From: an uncultured Ruminococcus sp.
GTDB taxonomy: Bacteria > Bacillota > Clostridia > Oscillospirales > Acutalibacteraceae
Reading direction: 5' to 3'
DNA length: 64,000 nt
Assembly: GCA_902771755.1 (NCBI GenBank)
Contig: CACXYD010000002.1
Span: 912-64,911 of the forward strand
Part shown: positions 18,297 through 28,464 of the stretch, piece after piece
Layout: each line of letters opens with the position of its first letter
How positions within the stretch are numbered: position 1 is the stretch's first letter
The notes under the pieces: generated by a model
Told to the model about the DNA's origin: nothing
Databases searched by the model: none
The model's input: only the letters and a program-made list of their open reading frames with translations
Made by a program: the position numbers and the translations under genes

Positions 18297-19349
18297 TCAC
18301 ACTATTTCCTCTGTATAATCTCCTCGGTCGGTTACGATTTCGTAGCCGATTTTTTTCATTCTGCCTGCAAGGCATCCTATGCACTGAGCCGCCTCATCTC
18401 CCGTACAAATTTTGTTGTCGTAGAGTGAGTAATCTTTTCTGTGCTTAACGGGGGAAAGGTTTGGCATTACAACATTTGCGCCGTGAAGAATGCCTTTTTC
18501 CCGACCAAGCGGATCAACCGTGCCTAAAGCGGTTGTTGCCGGCAGAAGAATGTTCGGTTTTAAAAGCCTTATTATAGAAAGCAACATAAGCACAAGGCTT
18601 ACATCACCATGATTTTCGTTTTTGAACTTTGTGTCCTTGTGCGGCACAAACGGACCTATTCCGCACATTTCGGGGCTCAGTTTTTCGATGAATTTTAAAT
18701 CTTTGACAAGCGTTTCGGGAGTTTGGAACGGTGAGCCGACCATAAACCCTGCGCCTGTCTGATAACCGATTCTCTTTAAATTATACAGACATTGCATACG
18801 GTTTTCAAGTGACATTTCGTTTGGATGCAACTTTGCATAGTGGTCTTTGTCGGCAGTTTCGTGACGGAGAAGATACCTGTCCGCACCGCTGTCAAAAAGT
18901 CTTTGATAACTCTCGAATGACCTTTCGCCAAGCGAGAGCGTTATGGCACAATCGGGAAATCTCTTTTTAATTTCCGACACAATGTCACACATCACATCAT
19001 CGGTAAAGTAGCCGTCCTCACCGCCCTGCAACACAAAGGTTCTAAAGCCGAGTTCGTGTCCGTTTTTGCAACAGGCAAGAATTTCATCTTTGGTAAGCCT
19101 ATAACGCACAGCATTGCCGTTTGAACGGCGAAGTCCGCAGTAGTAGCAATCGTTTTTGCATATACTTGAAAATTCAATCAAGCCACGGATATAAATTTTG
19201 TTGCCGAAAATTCTGTCGGCAGTATCTCTCGCACATTTGCGAAGATGTTCAAAATCTTCATCATCGGCAGTTGTAATCAGCTGTAAAAGTTCGCTGTCAC
19301 AAGCCGTGTGCAAGGTGTTCAGTTTTTTGATAATTTCAAAATTCTTCAT
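18297..19349 (-). CDS. hydE: [FeFe]-hydrogenase radical SAM maturase
   Basis: RGLIEFSSICKNDCYYCGLR, RYLLRHET, PATTAL, GANVVMPN, YSLY. Confidence 0.9.
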   Translation of the reverse strand: MKNFEIIKKLNTLHTACDSELLQLITTADDEDFEHLRKCARDTADRIFGNKIYIRGLIEFSSICKNDCYYCGLRRSNGNAVRYRLTKDEILACCKNGHELGFRTFVLQGGEDGYFTDDVMCDIVSEIKKRFPDCAITLSLGERSFESYQRLFDSGADRYLLRHETADKDHYAKLHPNEMSLENRMQCLYNLKRIGYQTGAGFMVGSPFQTPETLVKDLKFIEKLSPEMCGIGPFVPHKDTKFKNENHGDVSLVLMLLSIIRLLKPNILLPATTALGTVDPLGREKGILHGANVVMPNLSPVKHRKDYSLYDNKICTGDEAAQCIGCLAGRMKKIGYEIVTDRGDYTEEIV

Positions 19350-19438
19350 AATTTTTCCACATTAAAAGAGGACGGCATTTCTGCCGCCCCCGAACAGAGA
19401 ATACAGCATTCTCCGCAAATTTCAAATAGTTTATAGCA

Positions 19439-20260
19439 TCAGAAACTTCTGCTTCCGCCGCCCGATGAACCGCCACCGCCGGAAGAACTGCTTGATGAAC
19501 CGCCGCCCGAGCTGTCGGAATCACGCTGGATTCTTGTAACTGAAACATGCTTTGTCAGGAAGATATCCTGCTTGTCGGTTAGCATAGTTTTGCTGTTTTT
19601 CTTGAGGTCATATGTTCCCGCTTTGCCGTTGTGTTTGTAACGACTTTTTACTACGACAACAATGATAACGGCAACAATGATTGAGCCGATTGCAATAAAA
19701 ATACCGTAGTGAGTTACAACATAGAGGAGCTTGTTGTCCTCTTTTTCCTGCAAGTCAATATTTTCATTGGACTCACCCTCGGGAATACCCTCGTCATAGT
19801 AGCGGTCAACATAATAAAGAAACTTTTCAGCCGCATTAAAATAATTGGCGTCTTTCATCTCGTACTGAACATCGTCAAGGAGAGTATTAACACGGTCATC
19901 ACTGAAATAATACATTGCATCGCCTTTTGTTCTAAAGTCGATCGCTCTGCCTTCCATATCAATTGTGAGCATAACGCCTGCCGTAGTTTTGCCGTATTTG
20001 TCGGCATAGTAACGGTTTGCAAACGGCTTAATGTTATCCTCTGTTTTTCCCTCGTTATTGGTATAGATAACCGCAACCCAACCTGTTTTTTGGACAAAAG
20101 TGTCAAGTTCTGACTGAAGTTGTGTTTCTTCCTCCGAGGTAAAGAGACCGGCATCGTCACGAAGTTCTGTCTGACCTGCCGCAAAAACAATGAGAGGAGT
20201 ACAGAACACCATAATCATTGCCGCAAACATTGCGGAAAGTCTTTTTGTCACATTCATCAT
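19439..20260 (-). CDS. TPM-domain membrane protein with Gly/Ser-rich tail
   Basis: Signal peptide, DDAGLFTSEEE TPM start, TM helix, terminal SSGGGSRSF. Confidence 0.85.
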   Translation of the reverse strand: MMNVTKRLSAMFAAMIMVFCTPLIVFAAGQTELRDDAGLFTSEEETQLQSELDTFVQKTGWVAVIYTNNEGKTEDNIKPFANRYYADKYGKTTAGVMLTIDMEGRAIDFRTKGDAMYYFSDDRVNTLLDDVQYEMKDANYFNAAEKFLYYVDRYYDEGIPEGESNENIDLQEKEDNKLLYVVTHYGIFIAIGSIIVAVIIVVVVKSRYKHNGKAGTYDLKKNSKTMLTDKQDIFLTKHVSVTRIQRDSDSSGGGSSSSSSGGGGSSGGGSRSF

Positions 20261-21381
20261 AAGAACAACAGACCTCCCAACAAACCGAGTGCCATAAGCA
20301 CTACGGCAATAATTGCACCGCAGGCGATGAGTTTTCCTATTGAAGTAGGAAGTTCGCCGTAGGTTTTGCCTGTTTGACCGTTGATTGCAAACGGCAAAAT
20401 TTTGCCCTTATATTTATATGTAACAACCCACACCGGCAAAAGGGTGTAGTTCCACTTTTCAAGGTCAATTTTATCGTTGTAGCTCTGAATCTGAACGGCG
20501 CTGTATCCGCTTGCCGTGTCTTTCATAAGCTGTTGACAGTAGCCGTTAATTCTTGTCTGAACTGCCTGTGCAATCTCCTTTTGCTCAATGTCACGCTTTT
20601 CAGCCTGAAAGCCCGAAAGATAGGACATTGCAAACGGGTGAGCCTCGCCTAAATCATACGGATGAACGCACTGGAGCATATCTCTGTCCTGACTTTTTAA
20701 AGCTCTTTCAAACACATTTTTTACAATCAGGTCGCCTGTTCTGCGGAGTTCATAAACCTTTGTTTCTGTGTAACGGTCATCCCCGACAACCCACGAGCGA
20801 ACCTTTTCGCCCTTTGCAATCATCTGCGCATTACGCTGTTCGTCAACATACCAGTACGGAAAATACACACCCGTGAGTTTGTCAAAATGCTTTTCGCTGA
20901 CAAAGTCCTTTGGCAAAAACCATTTCTTTTTGCACATTTCAAGGAACTTGTCAATTGCCTTCTGTTTTGAAAGCTTGAACGGAATTACACGGTCGGGTTT
21001 GAATTCACCCGAAAGTCTGCCGCCGAGAACAACAGGGTTCTGACAGTAGAAACAAGTTGTTGCCGCAGTTGACGCTGTTGTAACAACCTGTGCGCCGCAA
21101 CTTGGGCAGTTGTAGATAACCGCCTCATCTTCCGTTTTATTTTTTGCCTGTGCACTGTCATTGCTCTGTGACTGTTTTGCGGCATTTTCTTTAGCTTTTT
21201 CCTGTTCCTTTTTTTCCTGCTTTTCTGTGCTGTTCTCTTTTTGCTCTTTCTTTGCAAAAAAGTCCTGAATATACTTTTCCGTAAAATCGGACATACAGTA
21301 TTCACAGCTGAACATCTGCTTGTCGGGATTGAATTTCAGCGGAGCGGCGCAGTTCGGACAGGTGTAGTTTACAGTTGCCAT
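20257..21381 (-). CDS. Zinc-ribbon membrane protein
   Basis: CPNC..CEYC, CPSC..CFYC, YFPYW, LLPVW, INGQTGK, C-terminal TM. Confidence 0.85.
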   Translation of the reverse strand: MATVNYTCPNCAAPLKFNPDKQMFSCEYCMSDFTEKYIQDFFAKKEQKENSTEKQEKKEQEKAKENAAKQSQSNDSAQAKNKTEDEAVIYNCPSCGAQVVTTASTAATTCFYCQNPVVLGGRLSGEFKPDRVIPFKLSKQKAIDKFLEMCKKKWFLPKDFVSEKHFDKLTGVYFPYWYVDEQRNAQMIAKGEKVRSWVVGDDRYTETKVYELRRTGDLIVKNVFERALKSQDRDMLQCVHPYDLGEAHPFAMSYLSGFQAEKRDIEQKEIAQAVQTRINGYCQQLMKDTASGYSAVQIQSYNDKIDLEKWNYTLLPVWVVTYKYKGKILPFAINGQTGKTYGELPTSIGKLIACGAIIAVVLMALGLLGGLLFL

Positions 21382-21457
21382 AACTTACCCCTTATAATTA
21401 AATTCTGAAATATCCCCCGCCGTTTGAGGAGAGGGATATTTATACTTTAAATTCAAA

Positions 21458-22702
21458 TTATTCTGCCTTTGTACCGCATTCGGGACAGAACTTTGCATTT
21501 GCAGAAAGCTCATATCCGCAGTTTGTGCAGAAACGCTTTTTGGGAGCCTCGGGCTTTTTTGAACCGCATTCCGAGCAGAACTTGCCTGTGTTTACAGCAC
21601 CACAAGAACAAGTCCATGAGCCCGCAGCTGCACCGCCTGCCTGTGGAGCAGGAGTCTGCTGCGGCTGAACCTGCTGTGGCTGTGGCTGATTTGGCTGCTG
21701 CTGGCGATACTGCGGATTCTGCTGATAACCGCCCATAATATTACCGCCGGCATTCATACCCATGCCCATACCCATAAAGCCTGCCATTGCACCGTTTGCA
21801 TTTGAGCCGGCATCTTTAAGGCCTTCAGAAATATTGGCTGCAACATAGCCCTGCTGAACTGCTGCGTCAGAGAGCATTGCACCCTTGTTGCGCATATTGA
21901 TGAGTTCCTGACTGTCCTCTGTGTAGGAAACATCCATACCAACGGCAAAAACTTCCATACCACGAGCCTGTGTCCATTCCTCATCAAGTGTCTGTGCCAT
22001 ATACTGACCGAGCAGACGCTGTTTTGACTTGATAAAGCTGATTCTTTCGCCGTCGGCAGAATACTGGTTGATTGCAGAACCGAGAGCGCCAACGAACTCC
22101 TCGTTATACTGTGCTCTTACATCTGCGAAATCAACAGACTTGTTTTCTGTAACAGCTTCTCTCGGAATTACTTCCTGATAGAACTTGAACGGCTCAACAA
22201 CCTTGATTGAATATGTACCGTGAGCACGGAGCATAAGCTCTGAATTATAGAAATTGTCAAAGTAGTTTACCGGTGTTGATGTGCCGAAAGGAATACCCTT
22301 GATTTCCTGAAGATTGATGTAGAAAACTCTCTGAGCCTGTGAAGGGATTCCGCCGTATTTGATACGGTTAAATGTTTCCTTGATTGAATCACCGAACTGA
22401 CCGCAGAAAAGTGACGGCATGGAACTGTTATTTACCTGGAAATAACCCGGCTCTGCTGTAAAGTCAACAATCTTACCGCCGTCAATAAGAATCATCATCT
22501 GGTTGTCATAAACATGAATTACAGAACCGTTTGATACAATGTTTTCAGAACCCTTTTTATTCTGACTTTTGCCGTTCTGTGTAACAAGCTGACCGGGGCA
22601 GATGAGAGTGTTGTCGCCCATCGGTGACGGCTCAATGACCTCAAGCCATGAATCTGCAAGTCCGCCTCCGATTGCATTTATCGCTGCTTTTATAATACCC
22701 AT
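21458..22702 (-). CDS. SPFH/Band-7 domain protein with C-terminal zinc ribbons
   Basis: GSVIHVYDNQ, EPG, FGT, MGMGMG linker, WTCSCG..FCSECG, FCTNCG..FCPECG. Confidence 0.85.
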   Translation of the reverse strand: MGIIKAAINAIGGGLADSWLEVIEPSPMGDNTLICPGQLVTQNGKSQNKKGSENIVSNGSVIHVYDNQMMILIDGGKIVDFTAEPGYFQVNNSSMPSLFCGQFGDSIKETFNRIKYGGIPSQAQRVFYINLQEIKGIPFGTSTPVNYFDNFYNSELMLRAHGTYSIKVVEPFKFYQEVIPREAVTENKSVDFADVRAQYNEEFVGALGSAINQYSADGERISFIKSKQRLLGQYMAQTLDEEWTQARGMEVFAVGMDVSYTEDSQELINMRNKGAMLSDAAVQQGYVAANISEGLKDAGSNANGAMAGFMGMGMGMNAGGNIMGGYQQNPQYRQQQPNQPQPQQVQPQQTPAPQAGGAAAGSWTCSCGAVNTGKFCSECGSKKPEAPKKRFCTNCGYELSANAKFCPECGTKAE

Positions 22703-22919
22703 AGTTTAACTCCTTTATTTTTTTGAAAAACAATTAATTATTTTATATGTTGCTATTATACTAATAATAATATGTTTGAAGAAAAATTTCAATACCATTA
22801 TCAAAAAACAGGTCAAACGGCATATGTTTTTTTCTGTACCAAAGTTTTGTCATTGACAAATATGCAAAAACGGTCGGGAATAGGGACATTTCTGCTCCGA
22901 AAACCCGACCGTCAAGTTA

Positions 22920-23705
22920 TTAAAATTTTCTCTGTTGAAGTGTCTGCTCATTTACGGAATTAAACTTCCATGAACGAATGTTGATTTCTTTTATTGCAGT
23001 TCCGCAGAACTGACAGTATTTCTCACCCAAAGTTTTTACGGGAGCACCGCAGTTGGGGCAATTCACTCCGAGAGCGGTTGCTCTGTTGTGGAGCAAATCA
23101 ACATCCTGAACATACATCAGACCGACCCCATAGACAGTCTGCATTCTGTTCTCATTGCTGCCGAAAATCACTTCATTGTTCATATCGGTGACATACGAAC
23201 AGTAACCGACAGACGCCTCAAAAAGGATTGTCACGGTTGCACCGTTTTTTATGTAACGGGCAATCTGAACATCGTAAATATTGACATCTTCATAATGCTG
23301 TGTGTTGCCAACAGATGCAAGTTGGTCGATGATTCCCTGAACATAGTTTGTAAAGTTCGGGGTAACCTCTTCGGCGATAACGCTGAGTTTCTTTGACTCA
23401 ACTGCCGAAAAGTAGTTTCGCAGAAGTGAGCGGGTTTTATTCATATACTGCTCAACATCAAGCTCGGGAAAATCCTTTTTTATCATCGGCATATAAACCG
23501 AGGTCATTCCGTGAAGTGAACGTGGAGTTTCTCTCATCTGCTCCTGATTTTCCTTTACGCCCTGAATGCCCTCAATAAGAGAGCTTGTACCGAACAGAGT
23601 TCTTGAAAGACGCCTTACCTTGCTGACAATTACTATAACTATAATCGCTACTGCAAGTACAGCTATTGACACTGCAATGATGGTTGCTATTGTATCCGGA
23701 CTCAT
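22920..23705 (-). CDS. Membrane-anchored Tim44-like/zinc-ribbon protein
   Basis: N-terminal TM, IKKDFPEL segment, CPNCGAP..CQFCG. Confidence 0.7.
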   Translation of the reverse strand: MSPDTIATIIAVSIAVLAVAIIVIVIVSKVRRLSRTLFGTSSLIEGIQGVKENQEQMRETPRSLHGMTSVYMPMIKKDFPELDVEQYMNKTRSLLRNYFSAVESKKLSVIAEEVTPNFTNYVQGIIDQLASVGNTQHYEDVNIYDVQIARYIKNGATVTILFEASVGYCSYVTDMNNEVIFGSNENRMQTVYGVGLMYVQDVDLLHNRATALGVNCPNCGAPVKTLGEKYCQFCGTAIKEINIRSWKFNSVNEQTLQQRKF

Positions 23706-23722
23706 ACAGGTTTACCCTTGAA

Positions 23723-25501
23723 TCAATCTTCTTTGTTGACAACCTTAATTCCGAGAACTTCAAGGCTTTCGTCGTCAACTTCTGCCGGACAAGCAGACAT
23801 AAGCTCGCTTGCATTCTGAACCTTCGGGAATGCTGTTACATCACGGAGGCTGTCAGCCTTGCACATAAGCATTGTAACACGGTCAAGACCGATACCCATA
23901 CCACCGTGCGGCGGTGCGCCGTACTTGTAGGCTTCAACAAGGAATCCGAACTTTGCTTTGATTTCTTCATCTGTGAGCTTCAAAGCCTTGAACATTTTCT
24001 GCTGGAGTTCATAGTCTGTGATACGCATTGAACCGCTTGAGAGTTCAATACCGTTGAGTGTGAGGTCATAAGCCTTTGCAATAACCTTTGACGGATCTGT
24101 GTCAAGGTACTGCAGGCATTCTTCCTTAGGCATTGTGAACGGATGATGCATTGCAAGCCATTCACCACTCTCCTCGTCATATTCGAAGAACGGGAAGTCA
24201 ACAATCCAGAGGAACTTGAATACATCTGGGATAATGTCAAGACGCTTTGCAACAACAAGACGGAGTGCGCCGAGTGTTGAAAGAACTGTGCTGTTCTTGT
24301 CGGCAACGATAAGGATAACGTCGCCCTTTTCCGCACCGAGTCTTTCGTAGATTGCAGAAAGCTCTTCTTCGCTCATAAACTTCTTGAATGATGCGTTAGG
24401 CTCGTCAACCCATCTTACATAGGCAAGTCCCTTTGCACCGATGCCCTTTGCATACTCTGTGAGCTTGTCAATTTCTTTTCTTGTATAAACAGATGACGCA
24501 TTCTTGGCAACAATTGCTCTTACAGAACCGCCGTTTTCAATTGCACTTGTAAATACGCCGAAACCGCAGTCCTTGACAAGGTCTGAAATGTCCTGAATCT
24601 TCATATCAAAACGGATATCAGGCTTGTCAGAACCGTAGTTTTCCATAGCCTCTTTGTAGGTCATTCTCTGGAAATGGTCCTCAAGGTCAATGTCTAAAAC
24701 TTCTTTAAAAAGCTTTTTGAAGAAGCCCTCGTTGATTTCGAGAATTTCATCAACATCAACAAATGAAAGCTCCATATCAATCTGTGTGAATTCAGGCTGA
24801 CGGTCGGCACGAAGGTCCTCGTCACGGAAACACCTTGCAAGCTGAATGTAACGGTCAAAGCCTGCAAGCATAAGGAGCTGTTTATAAATCTGAGGTGACT
24901 GAGGAAGAGCGTAGAACTTGCCGTTGTGGATTCTTGACGGAACAAGGTAATCTCTTGCGCCCTCGGGAGTTGACTTGATCATCATAGGAGTTTCAATTTC
25001 AACAAATCCGTTGTCGTGGAAATAATCTCTTGCAACCTTGGCAATCTTACTTCTCATCATAAGGTTGTTGAGAAGAGGACGGCGGCGGAGGTCAAGATAA
25101 CGATATTTAAGTCTTAACTCTTCGTTTGTGTTTGTATCATCAACAATTTCAAAAGGCGGTGTCTGTGCCTTTGAGAGCACACGCATATCGCTTACGACAA
25201 CCTCGATATCACCTGTGGGGATTTCGCTGTTCTTTGAACTTCTTTCGCAAACAATGCCCTTCGCGGCAAGAACAAATTCACTTCTGCATGAAAATGCCTT
25301 ATCAAAAATTTCTTTATCTGTTTTATCATTGAATGCAAGCTGAACAATACCTGTGCGGTCACGCAAGTCAATGAAAATAAGCTGACCGAGGTCACGGCAA
25401 CGCTGTACCCAACCGCAGACAGTTACCTCTCTGCCGACGTCACCGATACGCAAGTCGCCGCAATAATCGGTGCGCTTCATTCCTGTCATAAATTCTGCCA
25501 T
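23723..25501 (-). CDS. aspS: Aspartate--tRNA ligase
   Basis: FIDLRDRTG, LPQSPQ, FRDEDLRADRQPEF, PPHGG; start moved to MAEFM. Confidence 0.97.
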   Translation of the reverse strand: MAEFMTGMKRTDYCGDLRIGDVGREVTVCGWVQRCRDLGQLIFIDLRDRTGIVQLAFNDKTDKEIFDKAFSCRSEFVLAAKGIVCERSSKNSEIPTGDIEVVVSDMRVLSKAQTPPFEIVDDTNTNEELRLKYRYLDLRRRPLLNNLMMRSKIAKVARDYFHDNGFVEIETPMMIKSTPEGARDYLVPSRIHNGKFYALPQSPQIYKQLLMLAGFDRYIQLARCFRDEDLRADRQPEFTQIDMELSFVDVDEILEINEGFFKKLFKEVLDIDLEDHFQRMTYKEAMENYGSDKPDIRFDMKIQDISDLVKDCGFGVFTSAIENGGSVRAIVAKNASSVYTRKEIDKLTEYAKGIGAKGLAYVRWVDEPNASFKKFMSEEELSAIYERLGAEKGDVILIVADKNSTVLSTLGALRLVVAKRLDIIPDVFKFLWIVDFPFFEYDEESGEWLAMHHPFTMPKEECLQYLDTDPSKVIAKAYDLTLNGIELSSGSMRITDYELQQKMFKALKLTDEEIKAKFGFLVEAYKYGAPPHGGMGIGLDRVTMLMCKADSLRDVTAFPKVQNASELMSACPAEVDDESLEVLGIKVVNKED

Positions 25502-25570
25502 TGTATATGCTCCTTTATATGAATCGGTCGACACTTTTAAGGTGCCTGACCGACCGAAAATTTTCTTTTA

Positions 25571-26863
25571 TTACTTATTTTTCTGTTCATCGGAAAGCTG
25601 AATTTCGATGAACTTCTCCATAAAATGCTCGTCAAGAGTAACATCGGCCGTGTCGCCTGTGTCCATATTCTTGACCTTGGCTGTGTTCTGCTCGATTTCG
25701 TTGTCGCCCAAAACAATTGAATATCTTGCGTCAATCTTGTCGGCATACTTCATCTGAGCACGAAGTCCTCTGCCGATAACATCGGTTTCGGCAATCATTC
25801 CGCAACTGCGAACCTGCTTAATAAGCTCAAAAGCCTTAACCTTTGCGGCATCGCCCATTGTTGCAATGTAGAGCATACACTCGTCATTGTCGGGAATTTC
25901 AATGCCCTGCTTGTCCATTACCATAAGAAGTCTTTCCATACCCATTGCAAAACCGAGGGAAGGGAGGTGCTTGCCGCCGAGTTCCTCAATAAGGCCGTCG
26001 TAACGACCGCCGCCGCAAACGGTACCCTGAGCGCCGATGCAATCGGTTACAAATTCAAATACTGTCTTTGTGTAGTAATCAAGACCTCTTACAATTGTTG
26101 GGTCAACTGTGTATTCAATGCCTGCGGCATCAAGATATTTTTGAACTGTTTCAAAGTGAGTTCTGCACTCGTCACAAAGATAGTCAGTAATCTTCGGTGC
26201 GTCCTTTGCAATCTCGGAACAGATTGGACTTTTGCAGTCGAGAATTCTCATCGGGTTTTTGTCAAGACGGGAAAGACAGGTGTCGCACAACTTGTCCTTG
26301 TAACCCTCAAAGTATGACTTCAAAGCCTTGTGGTATTCTGCACGGCAAGTTGGACAGCCGATAGAGTTAATCTGAAGGTGAACGCCGTCAAGCTGAAGTC
26401 TGTTAATTACTGAGCTTGCAAGGCTGATAAGCTCTGCATCGGCAACAGGGTCCTGTGTGCCGTACTCCTCAATACCGAACTGGTGGAATTCACGAAGTCT
26501 GCCTGCCTGAGGCTTTTCGTAGCGGTAACATGAAACAAAGTAGCTTGCCTTAATCGGAAGTCCTTCGTTTTCAAGAGCGTGTTCAAGAACGGCTCTTGCC
26601 GCACCGGCTGTACCCTCGGGGCGAAGTGTTACGCTTTCGCCGCCCTTTGTGTCGAATGTGTACATTTCTTTCTGAACAACATCGGTTGTCTGACCAACGC
26701 CACGGGCAAAAAGCTCTGTGTGTTCAAACACGGGAGTTCTGATTTCTCTGAAACCGTAGGAGCGAGCCTCCTCACGCATAATCTTTTCAACAAACTGCCA
26801 TTTGTAGCTTTCCTTTGGAAGAACATCTTCCGTACCCTTGATTTTCTTGGTTATAAGTGCCAT
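25571..26863 (-). CDS. hisS: Histidine--tRNA ligase
   Basis: LRPEGTA, RYEKPQAGRLREFHQ, VRGLDYY, GGGRYDGL. Confidence 0.98.
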   Translation of the reverse strand: MALITKKIKGTEDVLPKESYKWQFVEKIMREEARSYGFREIRTPVFEHTELFARGVGQTTDVVQKEMYTFDTKGGESVTLRPEGTAGAARAVLEHALENEGLPIKASYFVSCYRYEKPQAGRLREFHQFGIEEYGTQDPVADAELISLASSVINRLQLDGVHLQINSIGCPTCRAEYHKALKSYFEGYKDKLCDTCLSRLDKNPMRILDCKSPICSEIAKDAPKITDYLCDECRTHFETVQKYLDAAGIEYTVDPTIVRGLDYYTKTVFEFVTDCIGAQGTVCGGGRYDGLIEELGGKHLPSLGFAMGMERLLMVMDKQGIEIPDNDECMLYIATMGDAAKVKAFELIKQVRSCGMIAETDVIGRGLRAQMKYADKIDARYSIVLGDNEIEQNTAKVKNMDTGDTADVTLDEHFMEKFIEIQLSDEQKNK

Positions 26864-26979
26864 TTTTCCCTCCGAAAATTACAATCTTTTATAGAAAAAG
26901 GAAACGAAAAAATTTCCCTAAAAAACACAACAATCGGGCAGTATTACACCACCCGATATGTAAAGCGAAAATAATTAAA

Positions 26980-27375
26980 TTATTTGAGAATATTTCTCCA
27001 GTCGAGGTCGCCTCTTTCAAGACCGTGAATAAGCACCTCGGCAGTTGCAATATTTGTTGCAACTGGAATGTTGTGCATATCGCAAAGACGGAGCATATTC
27101 ATATCGTTAGGCTCGTTCGGCTTTGGATTGAGCGGATCTCTGAAGAAGAGAAGCATATCAATCTCATTGCATGCAATTCTTGCCGCAATCTGCTGACTGC
27201 CGCCCTGAGAGCCTGCAAGGAATTTCTGAATTGTAAGACCTGTTGCTTCAGACACCATTTTGCCTGTTGTGCCTGTGGCGCAAAGGTTGTTACGGCTGAG
27301 AACACCGCAGTAAGCGATGCAGAACTGCACCATCAGTTCCTTTTTTTCATCATGAGCTATAAGGGCTATATTCAT
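26980..27375 (-). CDS. mgsA: Methylglyoxal synthase-like protein with substituted catalytic residues
   Basis: [26 protein letters not shown]; start at 27375 fits GGAGG spacing. Confidence 0.85.
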   Translation of the reverse strand: MNIALIAHDEKKELMVQFCIAYCGVLSRNNLCATGTTGKMVSEATGLTIQKFLAGSQGGSQQIAARIACNEIDMLLFFRDPLNPKPNEPNDMNMLRLCDMHNIPVATNIATAEVLIHGLERGDLDWRNILK

Positions 27376-27438
27376 ATACATTTCCTCCAGACATTTATTT
27401 CAATTTCAAAACTTTAACCCAAAATCAATCATCACAGT

Positions 27439-28179
27439 CTATCCCTTGAAAGCAAGCGGAACGTGCTTTCCTTCAAGTCTCTGTGCAAGACAGTCAAAAA
27501 CGGACGCAGCCGCACTCCAGTTGAGTCCCGCAACACCACGCTGAACAATTACCGAGATGCGGATATCAAACGGTACAAGTGCAATAAGCTGGGTCTGAGT
27601 TGCGTCAATAACACTGTCGAGGTCTTCATAAAAACCGAGCTGAGTAAACAGCTTGCGGTCAAATCGGTTGATAACAAGTCGGATATTTGTTTTTCCCATT
27701 GACTCAAGCTTTCTTCTTACCTTAACCGCACCACGAACACCTGTGGGTTCTGCATTGGTAACAATCAAAGCTCTGTCAGCCGGAGCTGCCGCAGTTTCAA
27801 ATCCCGAGCCGATTCCGGCAGGGGAGTCGATAAGAACAAAATCAAAGCTGTCTTTTACTGAGTTGACAAGCTGAGTAAACACCGAGGGACTGAGTTCGTT
27901 TTCGGTGTCAAAGGGAGCCGCCATAAGGTAGAGGTTCTCGTTGTTTTTGCTTTTGTAGATAGCCTCACCGAATGTACAGTTGCCGCACACGGCATCCGAT
28001 GCATCAAAAATTATGTCCTGCTCCATATCGAGCATAATGTCAAGACCACGCATTCCGCAGTCACAATCAATAAGCAAGACTTTTTTGCCCTGCTTTACAA
28101 GAGCAACGGAAAGACAAATGCAAACGGTTGATTTACCCGTTCCGCCTTTTCCCGACGCTACAACTATAACATTATCCAT
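27439..28179 (-). CDS. minD: MinD-family ATPase
   Basis: ASGKGGTGKST, GMRGLD, IDSPAGIGSGF; downstream of mreBCD-pbp2; own promoter TTGCTC-17-TAGAAT at 28229..28201. Confidence 0.82.
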   Translation of the reverse strand: MDNVIVVASGKGGTGKSTVCICLSVALVKQGKKVLLIDCDCGMRGLDIMLDMEQDIIFDASDAVCGNCTFGEAIYKSKNNENLYLMAAPFDTENELSPSVFTQLVNSVKDSFDFVLIDSPAGIGSGFETAAAPADRALIVTNAEPTGVRGAVKVRRKLESMGKTNIRLVINRFDRKLFTQLGFYEDLDSVIDATQTQLIALVPFDIRISVIVQRGVAGLNWSAAASVFDCLAQRLEGKHVPLAFKG

Positions 28180-28464
28180 AATAAATTCTACCTCTGCTAT
28201 ATTCTATCACAAAATCCGTCAAAGAGCAAGAAACGAACAGTATTTTTATCAGCCAAAATTTTTGTTGATATTTTAGTGATAGTTAATAAAATTATTCTTC
28301 ATTTTTAACGGTTTGCACAATAATTTCATTGATTTTTAATGCTAAAAGCAAAAAATAAGTTTTTTTATGTTTGGTCGTTCAGCCATTATACGGTCGGGAT
28401 TTTTGTTTTATCTTTTAACATATCGTATTCTCGACCATAATTTTCAACTTTCCATTTTCAATTT

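Noticed and set aside
16714-19349. thiH and bioB
   Set aside because: The C-terminal auxiliary Cys motif, HydE-type motifs and nearby hydF favour hydG and hydE
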